IMG/VR virus record: IMGVR_UViG_3300028797_000101
Coordinates: 32,001 to 96,000 of that record
DNA length: 64,000 nt
Strand: one strand, 5' to 3'
Source: a virus
Taxonomy: Duplodnaviria > Caudoviricetes
Positions 51,048-59,152 of this stretch are shown here, piece after piece (position 1 is the stretch's first letter; every line of letters starts with the position of its first letter). Position numbers and translations under genes: made by a program. Under the pieces are notes generated by a model. It saw only the letters and a list, made by a program, of their open reading frames with translations, searched no databases and was not told the DNA's origin.

Positions 51048-51206
51048 ATGAAGAAATATGTAAAAGCTGCATCGGAAGAGAAAATGTCTTTTAGAGAGTG
51101 GTTAGATTTCACATACTATCCAGGATTCTATGAAGCTGCTTCTGGATTGTCCGATGAAGAATACTACGAATTGGAAGATGCTTATCAAGAGTACTTGAGA
51201 GAATAA
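51048..51206 (+). CDS. 52-aa acidic protein, MKKYVKAASE leader (not in the ORF track)
   Basis: GGAGG SD; open frame ending at TAA 51206. Confidence 0.65.
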   Translation: MKKYVKAASEEKMSFREWLDFTYYPGFYEAASGLSDEEYYELEDAYQEYLRE

Positions 51207-51256
51207 GCTATGTACTAGAGACGAGAACATGAAATAGTTCAAGGAGGAAATTAAAC

Positions 51257-51475
51257 ATGATTGTAGTACAACAGGTTATTATGGACATCGCTTGCGATTC
51301 AGAAGTAGATGCTGCAGAACAGGTCAAGATCGCACTCTCTAAGAGCGCAGTGTTTACAAAAGATGATTATCTCCAGGGTGGCTGCTACATAGCAGGTGAA
51401 CCCACTTGTGAAACATCCTGGACACCTGCAGAGTATGAAAGGATAACAGGTGTTGATGTAATGAGTTTAGATTAG
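51257..51475 (+). CDS. Hypothetical protein
   Basis: AGGAGG SD. Confidence 0.55.
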   Translation: MIVVQQVIMDIACDSEVDAAEQVKIALSKSAVFTKDDYLQGGCYIAGEPTCETSWTPAEYERITGVDVMSLD

Positions 51476-51515
51476 ACTCCGAAAATCAATGTCAAAACTG
51501 AGAGGAGATTGATTC

Positions 51516-51857
51516 ATGAAACTGCATATTAGTTCCGCATCAAACAGTGATGCACCATATACAGCCAAGCTGTTCTACAATACAGCTTGTGCTGAGCGTA
51601 GACCCTATCGCAATCGGGAAGAATTCAGAGAGGATTTTTCGATAGTAAACGTCCCTGGAGCTAATGACCTTGAAGCTTTTGAAAATCTCCAGGATTTTTT
51701 AGACGAGTACCAGGACTTCAAGACTCCTCAAGAATACATAGACTTCTGGGATTCTCAAGACCTTGGAGATGGTTCTACTATTGTCCTTTGGGTCAAAAGA
51801 GGCTCTAAGTATGTTTACAACTCCGGGTTGACTATGAAGGATCTTTGGGAGAGTTAA
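51516..51857 (+). CDS. Acidic hypothetical protein, MKLHISSAS leader
   Basis: GAGGAG SD. Confidence 0.6.
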   Translation: MKLHISSASNSDAPYTAKLFYNTACAERRPYRNREEFREDFSIVNVPGANDLEAFENLQDFLDEYQDFKTPQEYIDFWDSQDLGDGSTIVLWVKRGSKYVYNSGLTMKDLWES

Positions 51858-51873
51858 CTACTAAATAACTTCA

Positions 51874-51992
51874 TTCGCAGTTTTGTACAAAACCTGACAT
51901 CCTGCGAAACATAAATGAAAAATAACGGATACATATTGAAACAAAAGTAAGGTCCGTTCATGTATCTCTATACACATGCACGGACTTATTTT
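51874..51992 (+). promoter_or_regulatory. Candidate preQ1-I-like riboswitch 1 with terminator platform
   Basis: TTCGCAG/CTGCGAA stem, 21-nt loop TT..ATC, A-rich tail, then a terminator-like hairpin 51952-51992. Confidence 0.6.
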
Positions 51993-52002
51993 ATGGTAAT
52001 AT

Positions 52003-52064
52003 CCGCAGTTTGGTTTTACTTTCCCAGTCCTGCGGTTTACAAATAAAAACACTACTAAAGGAGG
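52003..52064 (+). promoter_or_regulatory. Candidate preQ1-I-like riboswitch 2 (translational, queF SD)
   Basis: CCGCAG/CTGCGG stem, 21-nt loop TT..GTC, A-rich tail running into AAAGGAGG. Confidence 0.6.
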
Positions 52065-52073
52065 ACATGAATA

Positions 52074-52607
52074 ATGTCAGAAACAAAAAGCAACATTGCA
52101 CAGAGAAGTAAAGAGGAGTTGAGGGCAGATGGTGTGACTTTGCTTGGTGCAGGCCATACTGAGTACCCTAACACCTACAATCCAGGAGTGCTTCAGTCAT
52201 TTGAGAACAAGAACAAAGATGTCGATTATGTAATTACTTTCGACATTACAGAAGGCACAAGCCTTTGCCCTGTTACGCATCAGCCAGATTTCTTTAAGAT
52301 GGTTGTTACGTACATTCCTGCAGATAGATGCCTCGAATCAAAATCTGCAAAGTTATACAATTTTGGTTGGAGAGAGACTCCTTCCTACCATGAGGATATT
52401 GTCAATACTACTATGAAGGATATCAGAGATCTTATCCACCCGAAACTGATCGTAGTCAAAGGTATATTCTCGGTTCGTGGTGGCATCGCCTTGTTCCCTG
52501 TAGCTACATATGCTGATCCTAAGTATCCTGAGTATGTTGAGATGGAGAAGCAGATCAAGATGCAGTCCATGTGCGATGCAATCAATCGTACTGTCAAGTA
52601 TGACTAA
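52074..52607 (+). CDS. queF: NADPH-dependent preQ0 reductase (type I)
   Basis: GVTLLG, SLCPVT.QPDF, ESKSAKLY, HED and RGGI motifs. Confidence 0.9.
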   Translation: MSETKSNIAQRSKEELRADGVTLLGAGHTEYPNTYNPGVLQSFENKNKDVDYVITFDITEGTSLCPVTHQPDFFKMVVTYIPADRCLESKSAKLYNFGWRETPSYHEDIVNTTMKDIRDLIHPKLIVVKGIFSVRGGIALFPVATYADPKYPEYVEMEKQIKMQSMCDAINRTVKYD

Positions 52608-52631
52608 GTAACTACGGAAGGTGGAACGCAA

Positions 52632-53372
52632 ATGAAAGCGATAGTATTGAATTCAGGCGGTATGGACAGCTCAACGCTAGTCGGCGTGGCTGTTGAAAAA
52701 TATGGCAAAGAAAATGTAGTAACTGCAAGCTTGTTTTACGGACAGAAGCATTTCAAGGAGTTAGAGTGTGCTAAAAAGATTGCAGAATACTACGGAGTAC
52801 GTCACATTGAGGAGGATGTGTCATGCGTAATGAAGTATGCAGGCGATGTTTGCTCTCTCATTCAGGGCTCTAAAGACGAAATCATAGACAAAAGTTATGC
52901 TGATCAGATCGCAGAGAACGGAGAAGGCAGAGTCAACAGTTATGTACCCTTCCGGAATGGTCTCTTTTTATCAATCGCTGCGGCTTATGCAGATAGCTTG
53001 TTTCCAGGAGAGCCTTCCGAAGTATGGTACGGGGCTCACACGGACGACGCCGCAGGAAATGCGTATGCAGATTGCTCCTCAGAATTTGCAGAAGCTATGA
53101 ACAAAGCAATAAATATCGGCACATACGGAAACATAAATGTAGTGAGACCTCTCATCAACATGAACAAGGCCGATGTGTGTAGAGAAGGACTTAAGTTAAA
53201 TGTTCCTTATCACCTCACCACATCTTGCTATCATGGTAGAGAGAAGGCTTGTGGAAAGTGTGGAACATGTTTAGATCGCATTGAAGCATTTCGTGCAAAC
53301 GGTGTGATTGACCCTGTTGAGTATGAATCTGCTGTCGATTGGACAGGATGCAAGCCGGTTGAGATTCAGTAA
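52632..53372 (+). CDS. queC: 7-cyano-7-deazaguanine synthase
   Basis: SGGMDS, YGQKH, YVPFRN, Y.DC and SCY..CGKCGTC motifs. Confidence 0.95.
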   Translation: MKAIVLNSGGMDSSTLVGVAVEKYGKENVVTASLFYGQKHFKELECAKKIAEYYGVRHIEEDVSCVMKYAGDVCSLIQGSKDEIIDKSYADQIAENGEGRVNSYVPFRNGLFLSIAAAYADSLFPGEPSEVWYGAHTDDAAGNAYADCSSEFAEAMNKAINIGTYGNINVVRPLINMNKADVCREGLKLNVPYHLTTSCYHGREKACGKCGTCLDRIEAFRANGVIDPVEYESAVDWTGCKPVEIQ

Positions 53373-53385
53373 AGGAGAACATAGT

Positions 53386-53817
53386 ATGGCTACAGAAGTA
53401 GAAACTTATTTTTCATTCGAGGCAGCTCATAGGCTGTATGATGTTGACACGTATTCTGAGGAGTGCCGAAATAATCTTCATGGGCACTCTTATGTAGTTA
53501 AAGTAGTAGTGTCTAGTCGGAGCCTCAACAATGCGGGAATGGTGATTGACTTCAAGCTTCTTAAGAAGATTCTCAAGGAGACTATTGAGGACAAGTATGA
53601 TCATTCTTGTATTCTTCGTTCCTGTGATCCACTTGCAGAGGTTGTAAAGGCTAATTGTAAGAAGGTTCACATTGTAGAAGATAATCCTACTGCCGAGTGG
53701 ATGGCTAAGAAATTTTTCATGGATATCTTGTTTGCTCTTTCTTCCATGGAGTATATTACTGTTGAAAAAGTTTCTGTTCAGGAGACAGAACATAACATTG
53801 CTACGTTCATGGGGTGA
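53386..53817 (+). CDS. queD: 6-carboxytetrahydropterin synthase
   Basis: FEAAHRL, C.NLHGHSY, GMVIDF, DH, PTAE and ET motifs; SD before ATG 53386. Confidence 0.95.
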   Translation: MATEVETYFSFEAAHRLYDVDTYSEECRNNLHGHSYVVKVVVSSRSLNNAGMVIDFKLLKKILKETIEDKYDHSCILRSCDPLAEVVKANCKKVHIVEDNPTAEWMAKKFFMDILFALSSMEYITVEKVSVQETEHNIATFMG

Positions 53818-53821
53818 TAAG

Positions 53822-54457
53822 ATGAAAATAACAGAAATTTTCAAAAGTATTTCAGGTGAATCTATACAGGCCGGATATCCGGCAACATTCATAAGAACAC
53901 ATGGATGTTTGCTAAGATGCAGCTATTGCGATTCGATGTATGCTGTAGAAGGCGATGGCTACGGGAACATGTCAATCGCTGAGATATTAGAGACAGTGCT
54001 GAAGCTAAACTGCAAGCGAATTGTGTTAACTGGTGGTGAGCCGCTCATTCAGCATGATGCATTTGATCTTGTTCAAGAACTTCTTGCTTATGGATGTTCT
54101 GTAGAGATTGAAACATGCGGCGCAGTAGATATTTCAAAGTATATTTTACCTGGCGTAATTGTTACCATGGACTGGAAATCTATAAGCAGCGGAATGAATG
54201 GCAGAATGCTGCCAAGCAACTTGAGTAAGCTTCGAGATACAGATGTACTTAAGTTTGTAGTTTCTACCGAGGATGATCTAGAAGACATGGCTAAAGTATC
54301 AACACAAACTAAAGCACAGTGCTTCGTCAGTCCGATATTTGGGAAAATTGACCCGCAGGAGATTGTCATGTATCTTATCCAGAATGATCTCAACAACATT
54401 CGGATTCAATTACAGCTACATAAAATAATTTGGGATCCAAACAGAAAAGGAGTGTAA
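53822..54457 (+). CDS. queE: 7-carboxy-7-deazaguanine synthase (radical SAM)
   Basis: [21 protein letters not shown] and QLHK motifs. Confidence 0.95.
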   Translation: MKITEIFKSISGESIQAGYPATFIRTHGCLLRCSYCDSMYAVEGDGYGNMSIAEILETVLKLNCKRIVLTGGEPLIQHDAFDLVQELLAYGCSVEIETCGAVDISKYILPGVIVTMDWKSISSGMNGRMLPSNLSKLRDTDVLKFVVSTEDDLEDMAKVSTQTKAQCFVSPIFGKIDPQEIVMYLIQNDLNNIRIQLQLHKIIWDPNRKGV

Positions 54458-54458
54458 C

Positions 54459-55034
54459 ATGAAGAATATAGACAGCAAGAAGATCGAAGAGCTTACAAGA
54501 GAGTTTCTCATAGCTCTCGGAGATGATCCAGATCGCGAAGGGTTGAAGAAAACACCCTACAGAGTAGGTAAGATGTGTCAAGAGATTTTTGAAGGAATGC
54601 AGTATACTAATGAAAATATTGCGAAGATGTTCAACACCTGTTTTGAAGATGTAGCGACTGGCGATTTAGTTGTAGAGTGTCACATTCCTATTCACAGCTT
54701 CTGCGAGCATCATTTGATGCTAATGTACGAAGTAGATGTAGCTATCGGCTACATTCCTAATGGCCGTGTCATTGGTCTCAGTAAACTCGCAAGGATTGCA
54801 GACATGGTAGGCAAAAGACTTCAGCTTCAGGAGAGAATTGGTTCTGACATTGCCGATATTTTACAAATGGTTCTGAATACAGAAGACATCATTGTAGTTA
54901 TCGAGGGTAAACACGGCTGCATGACAGCAAGGGGCATCAAAGCTAGAGAAGCTGTAACGCGTACCGCTACACTTAGAGGTAGATTTAACACAGATTCTGA
55001 TCTGAGGGCGGAGTTCTATTCTTTAATAAAGTAG
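54459..55034 (+). CDS. folE: GTP cyclohydrolase I
   Basis: REGL..TP.R, CEHH, GLSKLAR, QLQER and H.CM..RG motifs. Confidence 0.95.
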   Translation: MKNIDSKKIEELTREFLIALGDDPDREGLKKTPYRVGKMCQEIFEGMQYTNENIAKMFNTCFEDVATGDLVVECHIPIHSFCEHHLMLMYEVDVAIGYIPNGRVIGLSKLARIADMVGKRLQLQERIGSDIADILQMVLNTEDIIVVIEGKHGCMTARGIKAREAVTRTATLRGRFNTDSDLRAEFYSLIK

Positions 55035-55058
55035 TGCTTCGTTATAGCATATGATACT

Positions 55059-55122
55059 AGTCATGGTTCAGTGAACCTCACCTAATCCCATGACTCAAAA
55101 TAATGAAAAACCAAAAAGGAGG
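55059..55122 (+). promoter_or_regulatory. Candidate preQ1-I-like riboswitch 3 (translational, transporter SD)
   Basis: AGTCATGG/CCATGACT stem, 21-nt loop TTC..ATC, A-rich tail into AGGAGG; TCGTTAT motif at 55039. Confidence 0.65.
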
Positions 55123-55132
55123 AACTTAGAAC

Positions 55133-55855
55133 ATGAATTCTAAGAAAACAAGTCTTGTAGCGGACTATAAAATGCTACTCAGAAACGTACCTGCCCTTGT
55201 AACTGTCACATTTGTTGTCGGTACGCTTGCGATGAACTTAGCTGCCGCTAAGGTGATCTTCAATTTCGGCATCGTTGCCGGAACAGGCGGAATAATTCTG
55301 TCATGGCTTCCTTTCTTATGCATGGACACAGTGTCTAAGCATTTCGGAGCTAGGGCATCAATACTTCTTAACATCTTATCGTCGGCATTCAACATCTTAG
55401 TAACTATCTTTCTTGCAATCGTCGCAGCAATTCCTACTGAGCAAGATTATTCTGCGTTCAATACTTCATTTAGCGCAGTATGGTTTATTGTAGTAGCATC
55501 TAATGTCGCATTCATTCTTTCGGGAGTAGTAAACTCACTTCTTAATGTATCTGTTGGCAAATTGTTTAAAAATAAAACCAGCGGAGCTGAGTTCTTTACA
55601 AGGAGTGCGATTTCGACATTTGTCGGACAGGTAGTTGATAATTTCTTATTCATGTGGCTTCTTTATACTGTCTTCGCACCTATTTTCTGGGGCATGGAGC
55701 CTATGTCTGCTTTAACCTGTCTTGGAACTGGAATTCTTGGCGGCTTGCTAGAACTTGTATGTGAATTGATTCTTACACCCTTCGGCTACAAGATCATCAA
55801 GAACTGGGAACGCGATGGCGTAGGTCAAGAGTACATTGATGCACATAATGCGTAA
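55133..55855 (+). CDS. yhhQ: Queuosine-precursor transporter (YhhQ/VUT family)
   Basis: About 6 TM segments; N..A.K, FL..D....FG and R...ST..GQ..DN..F motifs; que context. Confidence 0.8.
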   Translation: MNSKKTSLVADYKMLLRNVPALVTVTFVVGTLAMNLAAAKVIFNFGIVAGTGGIILSWLPFLCMDTVSKHFGARASILLNILSSAFNILVTIFLAIVAAIPTEQDYSAFNTSFSAVWFIVVASNVAFILSGVVNSLLNVSVGKLFKNKTSGAEFFTRSAISTFVGQVVDNFLFMWLLYTVFAPIFWGMEPMSALTCLGTGILGGLLELVCELILTPFGYKIIKNWERDGVGQEYIDAHNA

Positions 55856-55881
55856 GATTTTGAGATAATATAGACACGATT

Positions 55882-55917
55882 ACAACCCAGGAGCAACTAA
55901 AAGCTTCTGGGTTGTTT
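55882..55917 (+). terminator. Terminator after the que operon
   Basis: ACAACCCAGGAGC/GCTTCTGGGTTGT followed by TT. Confidence 0.8.
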
Positions 55918-55990
55918 ACTGGTTCGTTATAGTTATCACAACCTTAAATACTATCAGTAGTAACACAATATCTGAATAAAGGAGGTTTAT

Positions 55991-56380
55991 GTGATGATAG
56001 AAATTGACTTCAGTCAGCCCTGTCCTAAGAAGTATGTCGACATCGTTCAGTATGGTGATGGCGATATGATAGACGATGAGGACATCGGCCTGATCGATGT
56101 AACCGGAGTAGATCCTGAAGAATATGCTCTGGAAGACGAAGGTGATCTGTATTATTTTCTTGTATCCAAGTTTGATGACGCATCTTGGAAGCAGCTTATC
56201 GATGCTATCATAGCAGCTACAGATTATTATGATCTGTATGCAAACATTGGTATCGACAATAACATACGAGAAGCTTTGAACCTTGGTCACACAGGCGCAG
56301 TAGTTATCACAGCAGTAGGTGATAACAGAGAAACCGGTGAAACGGAAGATTTCCAGATTGCATACTTCGCGTTAGAGTAA
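55991..56380 (+). CDS. Very acidic hypothetical protein
   Basis: Late-type motif at 55940; AGGAGG SD. Confidence 0.6.
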   Translation: MMIEIDFSQPCPKKYVDIVQYGDGDMIDDEDIGLIDVTGVDPEEYALEDEGDLYYFLVSKFDDASWKQLIDAIIAATDYYDLYANIGIDNNIREALNLGHTGAVVITAVGDNRETGETEDFQIAYFALE

Positions 56381-56466
56381 ATTATCAAATAGAGCATATC
56401 TCAGTACATAGGTATGCTCTATCTTTATGGTTGAATCGTTATATACTACAGTAAGGAGGTATTCAG

Positions 56467-57993
56467 ATGAATATAAACAACTATAAGGGTCTAGAAACAC
56501 TATCTGCTCTAGAGTTAGGCGAAAAGGTAAATTTCAAAGAAATTTCACCTGTAGAGGTAATCGAATATTTTAGAGCACGAGTAGAATCTAGAAACCCCTC
56601 TATCAATGCATTTGTGTATACAAAGTTTGATGAAGCACTGAAAGAAGCCGAAGAACTAGAGAAGATGATACTCGCAGGAGATCATTTCAAGCCTCTGGCA
56701 GGTGTACCAATTGGGTTGAAAGACTTCTTGCCCACCAAGAAAGGATGGACAGCGTCACATGGCGGAGTGCCAAGTTTAATAACTGTCGATGATTGCGATT
56801 CTGAGTTCTACAAAGCTGCAAAGAGCTTAGGTGCAATCGCCATTGGGAAGACTAATGCACCTTCTTTCGGATTCCGCGGTGTATGCGATAACAAGATGTA
56901 TGGACCTACCTCAACTCCATTCAATGTAAAATACAATTCTGGCGGGTCGTCTGGTGGTTCTGCATCAGCAGTAGGTGATGGACTTGCACTTGCGTGTGAA
57001 GGAGGAGATGCTGGCGGATCTACTAGAATTCCGTCTGCTTGGTGTGGATGCTTTGGGTTCAAACCGTCTGCCGGAATTGTTCCAAGTGTATGTAGGCCTG
57101 ATGCTTGGGCCGCAACACACCCGTATTGCTGTTCTGGCCCAATCACGAAAACTGTATCAGATGCCGCAGCTATTCTCAGAAAGATGATAAGATTCGATTT
57201 ACGCGACCCTCTCAGTGTTCCAGTACCCGCAAATCTTCTGAGTATATGCGCCGACCTTGTAACACACCTGAACAAGCCGCTAGAAGGCGTTAGGATCGGT
57301 GTAACTAAGACATTCGATATTTTTCCTAATCCGGATGATCCTGTTTCATCTGCCATTGATGAAGCTGCAAAACTGCTTAAAGATCTGGGCGCAGAAATCG
57401 TTGAGACGAAATTCGATTTCGGATGTGATCGGGAATACATAGAAAACATGTGGTTACGAAGCATCAGTATCGATACTGCACTTGATTTTGAATGCAACAG
57501 AATTGCTACAGGAGAAGACATGCTTGAGAAGTTGCAAGATGAGCTTCCGATTAAGATGATGGTATGGACTAGAATAGCATTCTCATCGACTATGATGGAT
57601 TACAGGAAGTTTCATGAAATCCGAACAAAGATACTGGATGAGCATTTCAAGAACTTTGAAAAATGCGATATCTTACTAGCTCCGGTTACCGGTTGTTTAC
57701 CAGTTCTGAATAAAAATACAGATGCTGAGGGCCTTGTTGCAGGACCTTCTTTCATAGGCGGAGAGAAAGTTGATCCCTTCATCGGTTTTGGATACACCTA
57801 TCTTGAAAACTTGACTGGATTTCCGGCTGCATCTGTACCATTCAAGATAGATTCAGCTAACAATCTTCCTGTAGGTATCCAGTTAATCGGCAGAAGATAC
57901 ATGGACGATGAAGTTATCAATGTGGCCAGATGTATTGAATACGTTCACCCTTGGAGAGATTTCTACAAGATTCCTTTTGGTAGATCGTTATAA
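56467..57993 (+). CDS. Amidase-signature family enzyme (GatA-like fold)
   Basis: GVPIGLKD, GKTN, GGSSGGSA, DAGGSTRIP and LPVGIQL motifs (Lys-Ser-Ser triad). Confidence 0.9.
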   Translation: MNINNYKGLETLSALELGEKVNFKEISPVEVIEYFRARVESRNPSINAFVYTKFDEALKEAEELEKMILAGDHFKPLAGVPIGLKDFLPTKKGWTASHGGVPSLITVDDCDSEFYKAAKSLGAIAIGKTNAPSFGFRGVCDNKMYGPTSTPFNVKYNSGGSSGGSASAVGDGLALACEGGDAGGSTRIPSAWCGCFGFKPSAGIVPSVCRPDAWAATHPYCCSGPITKTVSDAAAILRKMIRFDLRDPLSVPVPANLLSICADLVTHLNKPLEGVRIGVTKTFDIFPNPDDPVSSAIDEAAKLLKDLGAEIVETKFDFGCDREYIENMWLRSISIDTALDFECNRIATGEDMLEKLQDELPIKMMVWTRIAFSSTMMDYRKFHEIRTKILDEHFKNFEKCDILLAPVTGCLPVLNKNTDAEGLVAGPSFIGGEKVDPFIGFGYTYLENLTGFPAASVPFKIDSANNLPVGIQLIGRRYMDDEVINVARCIEYVHPWRDFYKIPFGRSL

Positions 57994-58058
57994 GTAGTGT
58001 AAACAACCTTACATACAAGAGAAGTAACAGTTGAAAAGTTTTAAGAAAGCGTGATAAT

Positions 58059-58376
58059 ATGATAATAACAGCATCGTTCAACAAATCTCAGTTTCAGAAA
58101 AACTTAATACGTGTTAAATCTTCTAACATGTGGGGATACGCAGCGGATGTGAAAGATCCTAAGTCCAAGGTGTGTGATGTTTACATCCAATTCAAAGGAA
58201 GAAATGGTGGACCTGATGATGTCTACATCTACTATGACGTACCTTTGATCGTTTATAGACGTATGCACACAGCTCCATCAAAGGGCCATTACTTCTATCA
58301 GTACATTCGTAATAATTACATGTACCGGAAACTGACGGGTGATAAGAGGACGAAACTTAAAAATGGAATAAATTGA
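58059..58376 (+). CDS. KTSC-domain protein, MIITAS leader
   Basis: VKSSN..Y..IQFK..Y.YYDVP..Y....APSKG.YF...IR..Y; late-type motif at 58005. Confidence 0.8.
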   Translation: MIITASFNKSQFQKNLIRVKSSNMWGYAADVKDPKSKVCDVYIQFKGRNGGPDDVYIYYDVPLIVYRRMHTAPSKGHYFYQYIRNNYMYRKLTGDKRTKLKNGIN

Positions 58377-58537
58377 GATCGTTATATACATTAGAAATGA
58401 AACATACGGCGAGGCACAGAAGGTTTCACAGAGATGCAAAGAGAAGCTGCTACTGAGATCAGGGCGGAGATAATGACGAGGAAGTTAAGTCTTTGTAGAA
58501 CAATCTTTTCTTCAGTGCCGGAACTCCTTTCTTTAAT

Positions 58538-58672
58538 GTAGATGTAAGGTGACGGAACTCATGGTAAACGTGGCGATGGAGGTAATTGGCTAACTACCAT
58601 CCCTGAACAGGTTCGAAACCGCTTACCTTTTAGTAAAAGGATTGTAGGTTCAAGTCCTACTCTTACATCTAC
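58538..58672 (+). ncRNA. tRNA-like RNA with expanded anticodon region
   Basis: 12-bp acceptor-like stem, Leu-type D arm, GTAGG-TTCAAGT-CCTAC T arm; no canonical anticodon arm. Confidence 0.55.
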
Positions 58673-58675
58673 TAC

Positions 58676-58748
58676 GCTCTTGTAGCACAATTGGCAGTGC
58701 AGCTGATTTGTAATCAGCAGGTTGGGGGTTCGAGTCCCTCCAGGAGCT
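58676..58748 (+). tRNA. tRNA-Thr(UGU)
   Basis: Full cloverleaf; GCTGA-TT TGT AA-TCAGC anticodon arm. Confidence 0.95.
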
Positions 58749-58869
58749 TTGAAAGCTGATATATCCTATCGGACTCAACAATGGGGATGGCGTAGATAAC
58801 TCCGCAGAACCGCGCTTCAGCTTTCTCCCCTCTAAACTCCGCATCATCTATACAAAGGAGGTTGAACTC

Positions 58870-59064
58870 ATGCAAGTTAAGATCGCCTGGAAAACACTCG
58901 ACAATGTACAGCTTAAAACATTCAAGGACGAGTTCGCTTGTATTGAGTGGTGCCGTAGGAACGCAACAAACATCATGAGCATCAACGGTGTGCTTACAGG
59001 CAGGAACAACTTATCACATTTTGATGTTAAAGATTGTTTAGAGAGCAAGTTTTTCGACTATTAG
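58870..59064 (+). CDS. Hypothetical protein
   Basis: AGGAGG SD. Confidence 0.55.
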   Translation: MQVKIAWKTLDNVQLKTFKDEFACIEWCRRNATNIMSINGVLTGRNNLSHFDVKDCLESKFFDY

Positions 59065-59079
59065 ATTTTAATATATTTT

Positions 59080-59152
59080 CGGGATGTGGTGCAGTTGGTA
59101 GCATGCGTGATTTGGGATCACGAGGTCGTGGGTTCGAGTCCCGTCATTCCGA
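59080..59152 (+). tRNA. tRNA-Pro(UGG)
   Basis: Cloverleaf; CGTGA-TT TGG GA-TCACG anticodon arm. Confidence 0.9.

Noticed and set aside
52074-52607. QueF-like amidinotransferase (archaeosine route)
   Set aside because: The QueF motif ESKS.KLY and the type I N-terminus are retained, favouring a true reductase.
56808-57521. 237-aa minus-strand ORF, and the other minus-strand ORFs in the track
   Set aside because: They overlap well-supported + strand genes or RNAs; all credible genes are on the + strand.
56467-57993. Calling the amidase gatA
   Set aside because: No gatB/gatC nearby, and the motifs are generic to the amidase-signature family.
58751-58850. Theta/HDV-like ribozyme after tRNA-Thr
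   Set aside because: The position fits, but I could not build P3, P1.1 or the catalytic C strand; kept only as a generic structured trailer.
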